IMG/VR virus record: IMGVR_UViG_3300027770_000026
Location: 201,893-265,892 of that record
Reading direction: 5' to 3' (one strand)
DNA: 64,000 nucleotides
Below, piece after piece: positions 38,446 to 47,535 of the stretch (within the stretch, counting starts at the first letter, position 1; each line of letters begins with the position of its first letter). The position numbers and the translations under genes were made by a program. The notes beneath the pieces were generated by a model. That model had not been told where the DNA came from, did no database searches, and saw only the letters and a list, made by a program, of their open reading frames with translations.

Positions 38446-38532
38446 CTAATAGAATCAATGACTTACGTGATCTGCGTGTAAGTTGTTGATTTTGTTGGGA
38501 ATTTAAAAGTCTAATAGAATCAATGACTTACG
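38446..38532. repeat. two CTAATAGAATCAATGACTTACG copies flanking an inverted variant
   Basis: 38446-38467, 38511-38532; inverted GTAAGTTGTTGATT at 38478-38491. Confidence 0.85.
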
Positions 38533-38535
38533 CAA

Positions 38536-38925
38536 TCATGCGTTTAGGGACACAAAAACATCCCAATTTCCACCACTCATAATCCAACTGACCTGCATCT
38601 GCTCGTCCCAATGGGAGACTTCAAACTTATTGTGCCGCTGGGTAAGGAACCAGGGCTTGCCTTTGATATAGGTCAGCAAGTGAAACATCTTGCTACCGGT
38701 CATGATCTCTTTGACTGTAATGGTGTAAGGGGTATAAAGAGATTGAAGACATTTAAATCCATATTCGGTTAATCTCAGATTAGGATTGTCCCGGTGATAC
38801 CAAATGTTTCGATTGCGAGTAGATTGAGAGTGTACAGCTACACTCTCGGGTGATTCACTGAGCAGCAACCCAATTTCAACTTCAAGTTGCTGCTTAGTTG
38901 TTCGCCAATCTTCAAAAATCTGCAT
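38536..38925 (-). CDS. hypothetical protein
   Basis: ORF with LRLTEYG motif. Confidence 0.6.
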   Translation of the reverse strand: MQIFEDWRTTKQQLEVEIGLLLSESPESVAVHSQSTRNRNIWYHRDNPNLRLTEYGFKCLQSLYTPYTITVKEIMTGSKMFHLLTYIKGKPWFLTQRHNKFEVSHWDEQMQVSWIMSGGNWDVFVSLNA

Positions 38926-39160
38926 TCAAGTTGGTCGCCAGATGGCTTTTGATTAGGTCTTGGAATCCACCAATACGTTCACCATCTACATAGATCTGCG
39001 GAACGGTGCGCACACCATTACCTACGCTTTCGTAAAACTTCTGACGTTCGCTGTCGTTATCTATTACGATTTCTTCGTATGCATAACCCCTTTGCTTGAG
39101 CCAGTTCTTAGCACTAACGCAATATGGGCAATTGGTCTTTGAATATACCTTAATGTTCAT
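38912..39160 (-). CDS. glutaredoxin
   Basis: CPYC, TVPQI, IGGF. Confidence 0.93.
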   Translation of the reverse strand: MNIKVYSKTNCPYCVSAKNWLKQRGYAYEEIVIDNDSERQKFYESVGNGVRTVPQIYVDGERIGGFQDLIKSHLATNLNADF

Positions 39161-39387
39161 GTAAATTTTCCACCTTGTAATTCTACTTCAGTGACCAAGC
39201 TAGTGGTCACTTGTTCTTGCAGTTTAATATTCTGCTCTTGACTCTGCGTTAGCTGAAGCATAAGATATGTAAGATCGTCTGCCATGCGACGGGCAACATC
39301 GGTGCTAAACCGAACTTCTTTTTTATTACTTCGTTCCGCGGCACTTACAGTGGCTACAAATTCTCGTAAATTAGCAGGATTAAACAT
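39157..39387 (-). CDS. hypothetical protein
   Basis: Coupled ORF ending GGKF. Confidence 0.6.
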   Translation of the reverse strand: MFNPANLREFVATVSAAERSNKKEVRFSTDVARRMADDLTYLMLQLTQSQEQNIKLQEQVTTSLVTEVELQGGKFT

Positions 39388-39399
39388 TAGTATACTTAG

Positions 39400-39858
39400 T
39401 CAGTTATTAAGCGACTCTGCTTCTTCTTCGGTGTAGAAAGGTCCCCAAAAGCGATTACGGTTAAGTGTTAGCAACTTGGGACAAAACTCCTGCTTAAACT
39501 TGTTACCATATTGAATACGATACCAACCTGCTGCAAAGAAACACTTGCTGTTTGGTACCTTAGTAAACAAAGGCAAACGTCGCTTGGCTTCGATCATGGG
39601 ATCGTAATATGTATCGCAGTCTGTTGCATAACCCGCAAGATCATTTACACTTTGCGAGTCAATCTCATTGGATTCAGGCTCCCACTCTTCTACACCCAAC
39701 TGCTTGCGTACTGCTTTTACAGTCTTAGCAGGAATTACACTGCCCTTACATGCAACAATGAATCCTTCGTCCGTCTTATGAACAGACGCAACTTTAATGT
39801 CTTCATCATAGACCAGCCAACTGCGTCCAGGTGCAGTAGTTTTAATTGTTACATTCAT
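39400..39858 (-). CDS. hypothetical protein
   Basis: LPLFTK..SKC.FAAGWY..FCPKL..GPF pattern. Confidence 0.65.
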   Translation of the reverse strand: MNVTIKTTAPGRSWLVYDEDIKVASVHKTDEGFIVACKGSVIPAKTVKAVRKQLGVEEWEPESNEIDSQSVNDLAGYATDCDTYYDPMIEAKRRLPLFTKVPNSKCFFAAGWYRIQYGNKFKQEFCPKLLTLNRNRFWGPFYTEEEAESLNN

Positions 39859-40820
39859 TTGAAAATCTCCATATATGCGTGTGCGCTTTGACTAATATTA
39901 TCGAGCCCGTGCAATCCACAAAACTTCATAAAGTATGCGCCTGCTTGTGCTCGTGGCATTATAGCAGCTTTTGCAACTGTGATTGTATTATCTAGTTCTG
40001 TTTTGATCCAGTCTGGTTGTGCAGTAAGATCAATTAGGTGCCGATTACGCTCGTAATCTTCAATCACACGATGCTCAACTTCCTCGTGATCAACCCAACG
40101 CTGTAGCATAAGATTGTTCCACTTGAAGCCACGATCCTTACGGTCAGTAAAAGCTTCTAGAAGTTGAGTCTTGCGAACGCGAGGAAAAGCACTAAACACA
40201 TTATCGCTAGAATCCCCTCGCATACACTTCTCAAAAAGTAGCCATTCAGGATCACCCAACACTTTAGGCTCGCTAGTTTTCTTGTCAATGACTGGCTTAA
40301 ACTTGTCATCTGTGATACCGTCCTTTGAGATAATTTCTTTACTAATGCCGTTGAAAATCTTTACATTATCCGTAACTAACTGATAGAAGTCGCGGTCGCT
40401 GCTACAAATAATGTGTTCGTCTTCGGGATGCAGTTGCGTCCATCGCGCAATAAAATCGTCAGCTTCACACTGCGAATGACGTAGTACTAGTGCACCACTA
40501 CGCTCTTGTAGGAACTTACTGAATTCATCTAGCTTGTCCCAGAAAGCCTTGTCCTCTTCTTGTTCGCGAGGAGTTTGTGCGCCTCGTGCGTCTGTGCGAT
40601 TCTTCTTGTACTTGGCGTATACATCCTTGCGCCAACTGCGCCCCTCGAGGCAGTATACCACACGATCTGCTGAGAATAGTTCCTGCGCTCGCTTTACGGA
40701 ACTGAGTAAGATATGTAGTGCCATGCTGGTACGCATCTCAAGATCATCACCTTGAGCTACGAACCGAGCACGACTAAAAGTATTAGCGGTATCGACTAGT
40801 AGATATTTCATAATGTCCAA
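39855..40820 (-). CDS. rnh: RNase H / 5'-3' flap exonuclease (T4 rnh-like)
   Basis: LLVD, YKKNR, EADD, SSDRDF, GDSSDNV. Confidence 0.88.
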   Translation of the reverse strand: MDIMKYLLVDTANTFSRARFVAQGDDLEMRTSMALHILLSSVKRAQELFSADRVVYCLEGRSWRKDVYAKYKKNRTDARGAQTPREQEEDKAFWDKLDEFSKFLQERSGALVLRHSQCEADDFIARWTQLHPEDEHIICSSDRDFYQLVTDNVKIFNGISKEIISKDGITDDKFKPVIDKKTSEPKVLGDPEWLLFEKCMRGDSSDNVFSAFPRVRKTQLLEAFTDRKDRGFKWNNLMLQRWVDHEEVEHRVIEDYERNRHLIDLTAQPDWIKTELDNTITVAKAAIMPRAQAGAYFMKFCGLHGLDNISQSAHAYMEIFK

Positions 40821-40882
40821 ACATAATTAGTGTATAGACATATTAAACTAGTACTATCGCAAAGTCAAACTTATTTTGGACG

Positions 40883-41302
40883 TTACTTAAACCATCCAAT
40901 CTTCTCACCAGCAGCGACACGACGTTGCCATTCTGCGAGACTGCCTGGATAGCGTATTGCCCAAATCATCCAGAACGCCATGAATGCACTTACGCCCATA
41001 ACCAATTTCCAGTTGTGGGTAGTAAGCCAAAGTATAACCAAACTTGCATCCATGCAAATGAACATGATCCATTTGGCCTTGCTTGGATAAACTTTTTTGT
41101 CTTTCCAGTTTGTAAGAAACGGGCCAAACAGCTTGTGATTCATCATCCAATTGTGCCATTTATCGCTGCTCTTAGCAAAGCAATATGCTGCTATGATTGT
41201 TGGTGTACTCCAGGGAATACCGGGAGTAACCATACCAATATACGCAATACCCAAGCATATCATGCCTGCAACGAAAAACAATGCCTTCTTGATCTTGTCC
41301 AT
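40883..41302 (-). CDS. YbaN/DUF454 inner-membrane protein
   Basis: G...PGIP.TP..IAAYCFAKSS...WM..H.LFGP. Confidence 0.8.
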   Translation of the reverse strand: MDKIKKALFFVAGMICLGIAYIGMVTPGIPWSTPTIIAAYCFAKSSDKWHNWMMNHKLFGPFLTNWKDKKVYPSKAKWIMFICMDASLVILWLTTHNWKLVMGVSAFMAFWMIWAIRYPGSLAEWQRRVAAGEKIGWFK

Positions 41303-41321
41303 AATTTAATCCTCTAGGCAG

Positions 41322-41335
41322 TATTTACATAAGTA
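41322..41335. promoter_or_regulatory. back-to-back late-type motifs (TAAATA minus, TAAGTA plus)
   Basis: GTATTTACATAAGTAC between divergent ybaN-like and heme oxygenase genes. Confidence 0.55.
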
Positions 41336-41340
41336 CTACT

Positions 41341-41895
41341 ATGAGCCTAAAAGAACTTACCAAAGACAAACATACTGCTGCGGAACATACGCCATTTATG
41401 CAGTCAGTGTTCAAACGCACAATGCCCGTTGAAATTTGGGCAGACTATACCCTAAACAAGATGCATTGGTACAATGCTATCGAAATGCGAGCAAGAGCTG
41501 CAGGTCTATTGGAAGACCTTCCGGGGCTCGAACGTACATATCTACTGTATCAGGATTACAGAGCTATGTGTAAAGTTCCCAATCACTTCTACACTGTTAG
41601 CACCATGCGCTACTACACATACATTATGGATTTAGTTGATGTTGATGCCATCATGGCCCACTTGTATGTATGGCACATGGGCGACTTATATGGCGGGCAG
41701 ATGATTAAGCAGATTATGGATCATGTGTCGCATCGTAATTTAGATTTTGATAATCCTGACTTGCTCAAAGCAAACATCCGAGTTAAGTTGCATGATGGCA
41801 TGGCCAATGAAGCTAACTGCGCATTTGATTGGGCAATACGTATTATGAACGAGTACAATGAGGCATTGACTAGTGGACATATGGCAAAAGGCTGA
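41341..41895 (+). CDS. heme oxygenase
   Basis: LKELTKDKHTAAE (proximal His), HLYVWHMGDLYGGQ distal helix, EANCAF. Confidence 0.88.
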   Translation: MSLKELTKDKHTAAEHTPFMQSVFKRTMPVEIWADYTLNKMHWYNAIEMRARAAGLLEDLPGLERTYLLYQDYRAMCKVPNHFYTVSTMRYYTYIMDLVDVDAIMAHLYVWHMGDLYGGQMIKQIMDHVSHRNLDFDNPDLLKANIRVKLHDGMANEANCAFDWAIRIMNEYNEALTSGHMAKG

Positions 41896-42544
41896 AGCTT
41901 GTGGCGATAGAGTCGTGCAATTATTGCAGGGCATTGGCCCAGCAGTTGATCATCCTAGTAATCCTCCTACTACTTTTGGTTGGCACAGTTATATACACTC
42001 GTCTGACCGTGTACGCCGTGCCCACGTTGACATCATCGATGCAAGAGAGACACACAAATTATGGATCATGCACTGTTGCATATTTCCCCACGTAAATGAT
42101 AATAGTCCTATTTTTGGTTTTGACATTATTAGCGGTCCTAGTCGCATTAGTGGAGCATTTCTAGACTTCTCTTTTGCAGGCGTTAATGACCATTCAATGA
42201 TGAAATGGTTTGACCAACGTGTGACAAACTTAAATTGGAAGAAAGAGCGTCAACTGCCAGACTGGGCTGCTGCTATCTTTAGTCCTGCAATGGTAGCCGC
42301 AGGTGCAATAACTGACGAACAGGAAGTTGATCAGTTAACAGGACTTGGTGTTGAATGTTTGGAGTACTATTTAGAGCATGTAGGCCGTCAGAGAAACGAT
42401 CACAAGGACAGTTATCACGAACAAAATAATTACTGTATAAACCAAAAGCGGAATCCACATACTCCACGGACTATGAATATATTGGGTCTTACGCCGGACC
42501 AAGTCACAGAGTTTTTCGAACACCTAATGTTTCCGGAACTTTAA
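41873..42544 (+). CDS. ferredoxin-dependent bilin reductase (PcyA/PcyX-like)
   Basis: MHCCIFP and PIFGFDII give His67/Asp84 with the same 17-residue spacing as PcyA His88/Asp105; LPDWA..IFS; YC..QK.NPHT. Confidence 0.85.
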   Translation: MDIWQKAEACGDRVVQLLQGIGPAVDHPSNPPTTFGWHSYIHSSDRVRRAHVDIIDARETHKLWIMHCCIFPHVNDNSPIFGFDIISGPSRISGAFLDFSFAGVNDHSMMKWFDQRVTNLNWKKERQLPDWAAAIFSPAMVAAGAITDEQEVDQLTGLGVECLEYYLEHVGRQRNDHKDSYHEQNNYCINQKRNPHTPRTMNILGLTPDQVTEFFEHLMFPEL

Positions 42545-42903
42545 AAGTATTCTGCTGTTCCGTCGTCGTTTGCTCGCTTGTTAATCTTAGGTTTAGCTAG
42601 TGCATCAACGTATTCGTCGTTTTCGCCTGCAACAAACGTACATAATGCTTTAACATATTGGTCCATGATATCACCGTCTGTTTCACCGGTATATCCTTCT
42701 ACTTTTAGTTTGTCAATGAAAGCAGCATTCCAATCTAGTTCAAAGTAACCGTTGTGTGGCTGATCTGGATCAACATGCATCTTAACATCAACCCAGGGCT
42801 CGCCTTTCTTTGTGGCTTGATCCTTAGGTGATAGTACACGCTTCTTTTTTGGTGCGGGAGTGTTCTCTTCCCCTTGCGCTACACTAGTCTTCTTTCGTGC
42901 CAT
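42541..42903 (-). CDS. conserved phage hypothetical protein
   Basis: AT.KGEPWV, GYFELDWN..FI..L...GY.G. Confidence 0.7.
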   Translation of the reverse strand: MARKKTSVAQGEENTPAPKKKRVLSPKDQATKKGEPWVDVKMHVDPDQPHNGYFELDWNAAFIDKLKVEGYTGETDGDIMDQYVKALCTFVAGENDEYVDALAKPKINKRANDDGTAEYF

Positions 42904-42941
42904 TTTCTTTTATCCTCTTGAGATATTTAGCGAACGACTCT

Positions 42942-43205
42942 TCACTCACCGTATCTAATTCTGTACCAAAGCGTTGCTTCATCATCCAACTGTGCCCAGA
43001 TTCTAACTTGGTAGGTTTGGGTGTCGTGTTCTGCTGCCACAGAGATTTCCACCGGGATGTCAAGCGATCTAACATATTCAATTTTACTCCTCTGTGGTTC
43101 TTGCTTACAACAATGATCTACATAACTGCCTGGGTCCATACTATCGTATGAAATATCATCAATTTGAAATAACGCTATTACCGTATGCGTCATCAAGTAC
43201 CCCAT
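42942..43205 (-). CDS. hypothetical protein (start uncertain)
   Basis: ORF filling gap downstream of queE. Confidence 0.45.
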   Translation of the reverse strand: MGYLMTHTVIALFQIDDISYDSMDPGSYVDHCCKQEPQRSKIEYVRSLDIPVEISVAAEHDTQTYQVRIWAQLDDEATLWYRIRYGE

Positions 43206-44059
43206 GCATTCTTAAACAAGTCACATTGTAGTCGTGGGCTATACCACCAACCTTCCTGCATGGCAAGTTCTGCTACCTGACGTGCATTAAGGAAGTATGA
43301 ATCCACAGTGCCACCAACCGGCATTAGATAGACCGGACAATGTACACCAGCAGCTTGATAAAGGCTAACAGCACGACGAACATCATCAAGATCATGCATA
43401 TTACTAACCACAAACTTGAGATAAAAACTGCTCCCACCGCCAGACACCATATTATAATAACTTCTAGCAATGTCAGGTTGTATAGCCTCTTCCCAAGCTT
43501 CACCACTGATTGATAGTTTGGGACTGCAACTCCACGTAACGTGGATGTTACTTTGCGTCTCAAAAAACGTAGCCAACTCCTTGGTGATCTTTTGCGTAGT
43601 GTTTGTTTCAAACGTGACATTCTTTAGGTCTGCAAGCAATGGGTGTTGCAATAATTGTATATAGCTCTTTTGCCATCCTAGCAGTGGTTCTCCGCCAGTG
43701 ATAACCAAATGAATGTCTCGTCCGTTATCCTGTGTCCACTTGCCATTAGGAATAATGTCCACAAAACGTTTTGCAATTTCGTCAATAGTTAGTGTGGGGC
43801 TAAACTTCTTAAATTTAGGATGCCAACTTGCATAACTATCACATCCAGTTGGTGCAAGCGGCAAAGAATCATAACTATCGTACTTGCTAAGTTGATTAGC
43901 AATACGTTCGGGCTCATCGCTGCGTTCACCAAGCGGTAAGCCAAATCCTCTACACTGGAAGTTACATCCAAATGTACGGAAGAACACACTGGGCACACCT
44001 GCCCAACGTCCTTCACCTTGTATGCTGTAAAAGATTTCTGCTGTTTTAATCTTGCTCAT
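43193..44059 (-). CDS. queE: 7-carboxy-7-deazaguanine synthase (radical SAM)
   Basis: EIFYSIQGEG, GCNFQC...CD, TGGEP, FETN, SPKL. Confidence 0.88.
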   Translation of the reverse strand: MSKIKTAEIFYSIQGEGRWAGVPSVFFRTFGCNFQCRGFGLPLGERSDEPERIANQLSKYDSYDSLPLAPTGCDSYASWHPKFKKFSPTLTIDEIAKRFVDIIPNGKWTQDNGRDIHLVITGGEPLLGWQKSYIQLLQHPLLADLKNVTFETNTTQKITKELATFFETQSNIHVTWSCSPKLSISGEAWEEAIQPDIARSYYNMVSGGGSSFYLKFVVSNMHDLDDVRRAVSLYQAAGVHCPVYLMPVGGTVDSYFLNARQVAELAMQEGWWYSPRLQCDLFKNAWGT

Positions 44060-44907
44060 GGTAAGTTGTTCTCTATTAGGAATTTTTCATATACTTCCTG
44101 CCAGGACTCGGATTGCAATATATTGGTACTGGTCATTTGTGTATTGAGTGGACGCTTTGCTGGTTTATTTAGGTTAGCTAGTTTGCTAGGTACAATTTCT
44201 GTAGACAGATTATACGCTAGTTTAATGCACTTTGCAAATTCATAAAAGCTATCGCCGTAATTTGCTCGCGGTACAAGATGATTGAGCCCGCGGTCCAACT
44301 TCAAACGTTCCCATGTCTTCCTTGCAATCCAATCACTACTAGTTGGAACGGTGAATTGATCATTAACTACTTCTATTCTATCCTTAGTTGCAGCCGCACA
44401 TAGTATTGCAGTATGAAAGTTCTTATTACTTGTAGAATATACTGCAGATACTCGATAGATGGTATAGGAGGTGGTATATGACATCACTTCTTCTTCGCCA
44501 TCAGACTTGCTGCTCCCATAAAAGTTTACGGGATTCTTATCCGACTGTTCAACATACTTTCCGGTTAAATCAGTAAAACCGTCAAACACATAATCAGTAG
44601 AATAATGTACTAGATGAAAGCCCATGTTATTACTGAGCCGTGCAAGCTGTGCAGGAAATTGAACATTAGCATGCCAGCAAAGATGCCTATTCATCACATC
44701 TTCGGAGCCGTCTACGTCAGTATATGCAGCAGCATTGATTACGTATTTAGGGGCAACTGCACGAACAAAACGTTCAACTGCAGGCGAGTCCACAAGATCA
44801 AATTTGGATCTATCATGCGCAATGATTTCATAATCACTAGGTGCAAACTTTTGTAGACTAGTGCCTACTTGACCAGTTGCACCAAAGATTAGTACACGGT
44901 CACCCAT
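44056..44907 (-). CDS. rmlD: dTDP-4-dehydrorhamnose reductase
   Basis: GATGQVG, NAAAYTDVD, STDYVFDG, YGSSK. Confidence 0.9.
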   Translation of the reverse strand: MGDRVLIFGATGQVGTSLQKFAPSDYEIIAHDRSKFDLVDSPAVERFVRAVAPKYVINAAAYTDVDGSEDVMNRHLCWHANVQFPAQLARLSNNMGFHLVHYSTDYVFDGFTDLTGKYVEQSDKNPVNFYGSSKSDGEEEVMSYTTSYTIYRVSAVYSTSNKNFHTAILCAAATKDRIEVVNDQFTVPTSSDWIARKTWERLKLDRGLNHLVPRANYGDSFYEFAKCIKLAYNLSTEIVPSKLANLNKPAKRPLNTQMTSTNILQSESWQEVYEKFLIENNLP

Positions 44908-45460
44908 AATGTACTGCCTGCGTAACATCAATGCCCGTGCGGTCCTTATCAGCTTGAATTATCTGATTACGCATTGGAAGTAGATAACTTGTAAACTCGT
45001 CAACACTCCAAAAGTTGATGCAATACTCGTCGTCCTTCTGCCATAAGCTCTTAGTGACACCATAGTTAAAAATAGTGTTGTCTTCTAGCGCAAGGAAGCC
45101 ATGCGCGTATCCGGGCGGCACATAGAGATAATTGAGATTCTCCGTACTAAGTTCAAAGATACCAGTGTTTAGATAGGTTGGTGAATCCTTACGCAGGTCA
45201 ATAACAAAGTCAACTGCACTACCTTGAATCACACTTACTAGCTTACCCTGTGGATTCTTTAGCTGGTAATGCAATCCACGTAGCACATACTTCTTGTTAT
45301 ATGAAGTGTTTTGCTGCAGTACTTCAAACTCTTTTTCCCAACCAAACCACGAATGATTATATGTTTCTTGAAATGATCCACGATTGTCTGCAAAGTTCTT
45401 AAACTGATACAGGCGTAGGTCGTTGAGATTTTCAAACATTTCGTAAGTTTTTTCATTCAT
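44900..45460 (-). CDS. rmlC: dTDP-4-dehydrorhamnose 3,5-epimerase
   Basis: DNRGSF, VLRGLHYQ, QGKLV, DLRKDSPT, GYAHGF. Confidence 0.92.
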   Translation of the reverse strand: MNEKTYEMFENLNDLRLYQFKNFADNRGSFQETYNHSWFGWEKEFEVLQQNTSYNKKYVLRGLHYQLKNPQGKLVSVIQGSAVDFVIDLRKDSPTYLNTGIFELSTENLNYLYVPPGYAHGFLALEDNTIFNYGVTKSLWQKDDEYCINFWSVDEFTSYLLPMRNQIIQADKDRTGIDVTQAVHYG

Positions 45461-46344
45461 CGAATTAGTTTCCATAGGTATTGTCCGTAAGGGGTCTTGT
45501 CGCATAGTTTAGCAGTAACTGCTAGGTCTTCGTGTAATATCCATTCATTTTTGAATGCAGCCAAATGTGGAGAGCCTATTAGTACATTCTGCGTAGTCTG
45601 CATTATATGTACATATTCAGCAGCTTGCAAGAGCGATGGTGCATTACCCGTGTCAAACCAAACAGTACCTTCGTCTAGAATTGTTACAAACAGTTCTTCG
45701 CGATTGGCATACTCTTTGTTAACATCGGTAATTTCAAACTCGCCTCGATCGGATGGTTTTAAGTTAGCAGCAATTTCAAATATGGACGTTGGATAGAAAT
45801 ACAATCCAGTTACTGCGAGGTCGCTCTTTGGTTCCTTTGGCTTTTCTTCCAAAGAAAGCACACGACCATGATCATCTAATTCTACTACGCCAAATCGTTC
45901 TGGATCCTGTACATGCATGGCGAAGCATACTGCATTCTTTGCAGCTCGTGCTAACTGCAATGCTATATCAAACTTTGACCCATGGAATAGATTGTCTCCA
46001 AGTATCAATGCAATACGTTCAAATTGATCATATCCATCGATTTGGTCTGCTACAATAGTAAATGCTTGTGCAATACCACGTGGCTTTGGCTGTACTGCAA
46101 AATGCAAGTTAATGCCAAACTGTTGCCCTGCACCCTCGAACAATTTTTTAAATACTGTTTGCTCGTCTGGGTTTGTGATTAGTACAACGTCCCTAATACC
46201 TGCAGTAATTAGTGTAGTTAGTGCATAGTAGATCAGTGGCTTGTCGTATACAGGTACTACCTGTTTAGTACATGCTAGTGTTGCAGGGAAAAGACGTGAA
46301 CTCTTGCCCGCGGCAAGAATAATGCCCAGTGTTTTTCTATCCAT
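45457..46344 (-). CDS. rmlA: glucose-1-phosphate thymidylyltransferase
   Basis: GIILAAG..SRL.P, VYDKPLIYY, LGDN, EEKP, RGEFEITD, WFDTG. Confidence 0.92.
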   Translation of the reverse strand: MDRKTLGIILAAGKSSRLFPATLACTKQVVPVYDKPLIYYALTTLITAGIRDVVLITNPDEQTVFKKLFEGAGQQFGINLHFAVQPKPRGIAQAFTIVADQIDGYDQFERIALILGDNLFHGSKFDIALQLARAAKNAVCFAMHVQDPERFGVVELDDHGRVLSLEEKPKEPKSDLAVTGLYFYPTSIFEIAANLKPSDRGEFEITDVNKEYANREELFVTILDEGTVWFDTGNAPSLLQAAEYVHIMQTTQNVLIGSPHLAAFKNEWILHEDLAVTAKLCDKTPYGQYLWKLIR

Positions 46345-47318
46345 TATTGAAACCTTTCTGGTCGTTGTAAGTACCAATCAACGGTACGCTCGAGTCCCTG
46401 TGTAAAACTCATGTTAGCTTGCCAACCTAATGATTGTAGCTTGCTACTATCTATCGCATACCTAAAGTCGTGCCCTGCTCGATCAGTAACATAACTGATT
46501 AGGCTTTTGGACTTGCCCATGATCTCAAGTATGCGCGTGGCAAGGTCAATATTATTAACTTCATTATCGCCGCCAATGCAGTATTGTTCGCCTAGATTAC
46601 CATGCAGTAGTAGTGTTTCTAGTGCAGTGCAATGATCATCTACCCATAGCCAGTCGCGTATGTTCATACCATTGCCGTATACAGGAATTGGTTTGTCTGC
46701 TAGCGCATGGCGTATAACAGTAGGAATAAACTTTTCCTTGTTCTGTCTTGGTCCATAGTTATTACTACAGTTACTAATCATTGCAGGAACATTGTGTGTT
46801 TGATAGTACGAACGCACAAAGTGATCACTAGCTGCTTTGCTAGCACTGTATGGACTATTAGGAGCATACTGACTTAGTTCATTAAATGGTTCATCATGTT
46901 CACGTAAAGACCCAAAAACTTCGTCTGTACTTACATGCAGGAATCGAAATTCTTTGCTTACCTTTCTCATGTAAAAACGTACACTATCTAGAAAGTTAAC
47001 AGTGCCCATTACATTATGTTTAACAAATGGTCCACTACTTTCAATGGATCGGTCTACGTGACTTTCAGCAGCAAAATGTACGATATAATCTGGTTCAAAG
47101 TAGCATAGAACCTTCTTGTTCATAGTTACATGATTGATATCGTCTTTGAGGAATATATAATTGGGATGATGTTCGAGCTCTGCAACATTATCTATATTAG
47201 CAGCATAGCTCATTATGTCCAAATTGACCAAACGCCAGTCTGGATAATTCTGCGCCCAATGCAGTAGGAAGTTGCTGCCAATAAAGCCGCAACCGCCTGT
47301 GATAAAAATTGTTTTCAT
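46344..47318 (-). CDS. rmlB: dTDP-glucose 4,6-dehydratase
   Basis: TGGCGFIG, AAESHVDRS, STDEV, YSASK, NNYGP. Confidence 0.95.
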   Translation of the reverse strand: MKTIFITGGCGFIGSNFLLHWAQNYPDWRLVNLDIMSYAANIDNVAELEHHPNYIFLKDDINHVTMNKKVLCYFEPDYIVHFAAESHVDRSIESSGPFVKHNVMGTVNFLDSVRFYMRKVSKEFRFLHVSTDEVFGSLREHDEPFNELSQYAPNSPYSASKAASDHFVRSYYQTHNVPAMISNCSNNYGPRQNKEKFIPTVIRHALADKPIPVYGNGMNIRDWLWVDDHCTALETLLLHGNLGEQYCIGGDNEVNNIDLATRILEIMGKSKSLISYVTDRAGHDFRYAIDSSKLQSLGWQANMSFTQGLERTVDWYLQRPERFQ

Positions 47319-47319
47319 A

Positions 47320-47535
47320 CTAGGATTTATTTGACTTACGAGCAGTGTGCCAATTTAAACTGCAGTTGGGACTACAGAACACTATAGTTACAATATCTTT
47401 GGGAGTAGGACCTGCAATCCAGTACTTTGGGTAACCGCTATCAACATAATGTTCATTCCATGCTGACAACAGTAAACCGCATTGACCGCATGTTAATTGC
47501 TGATCCACCAATTCTCCCATGGGTAATCTACCCAC
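47320..47535 (-). CDS. small Cys-containing (zinc-binding-like) protein
   Basis: CGQC and FCSPNC. Confidence 0.45.
   Translation of the reverse strand: MGRLPMGELVDQQLTCGQCGLLLSAWNEHYVDSGYPKYWIAGPTPKDIVTIVFCSPNCSLNWHTARKSNKS

Noticed and set aside
35215-38532. AATCAATGACTTACG repeats as a CRISPR mini-array
   Set aside because: Short repeats, irregular spacing, one inverted copy, and no cas genes in the window.
41341-42544. Calling this a cyanophage because of the bilin genes
   Set aside because: No photosynthesis genes (psbA, hli, petF, cpeT) are in the window, and HO/PcyX-type pairs also occur in non-cyanobacterial phages. The host cannot be determined here.
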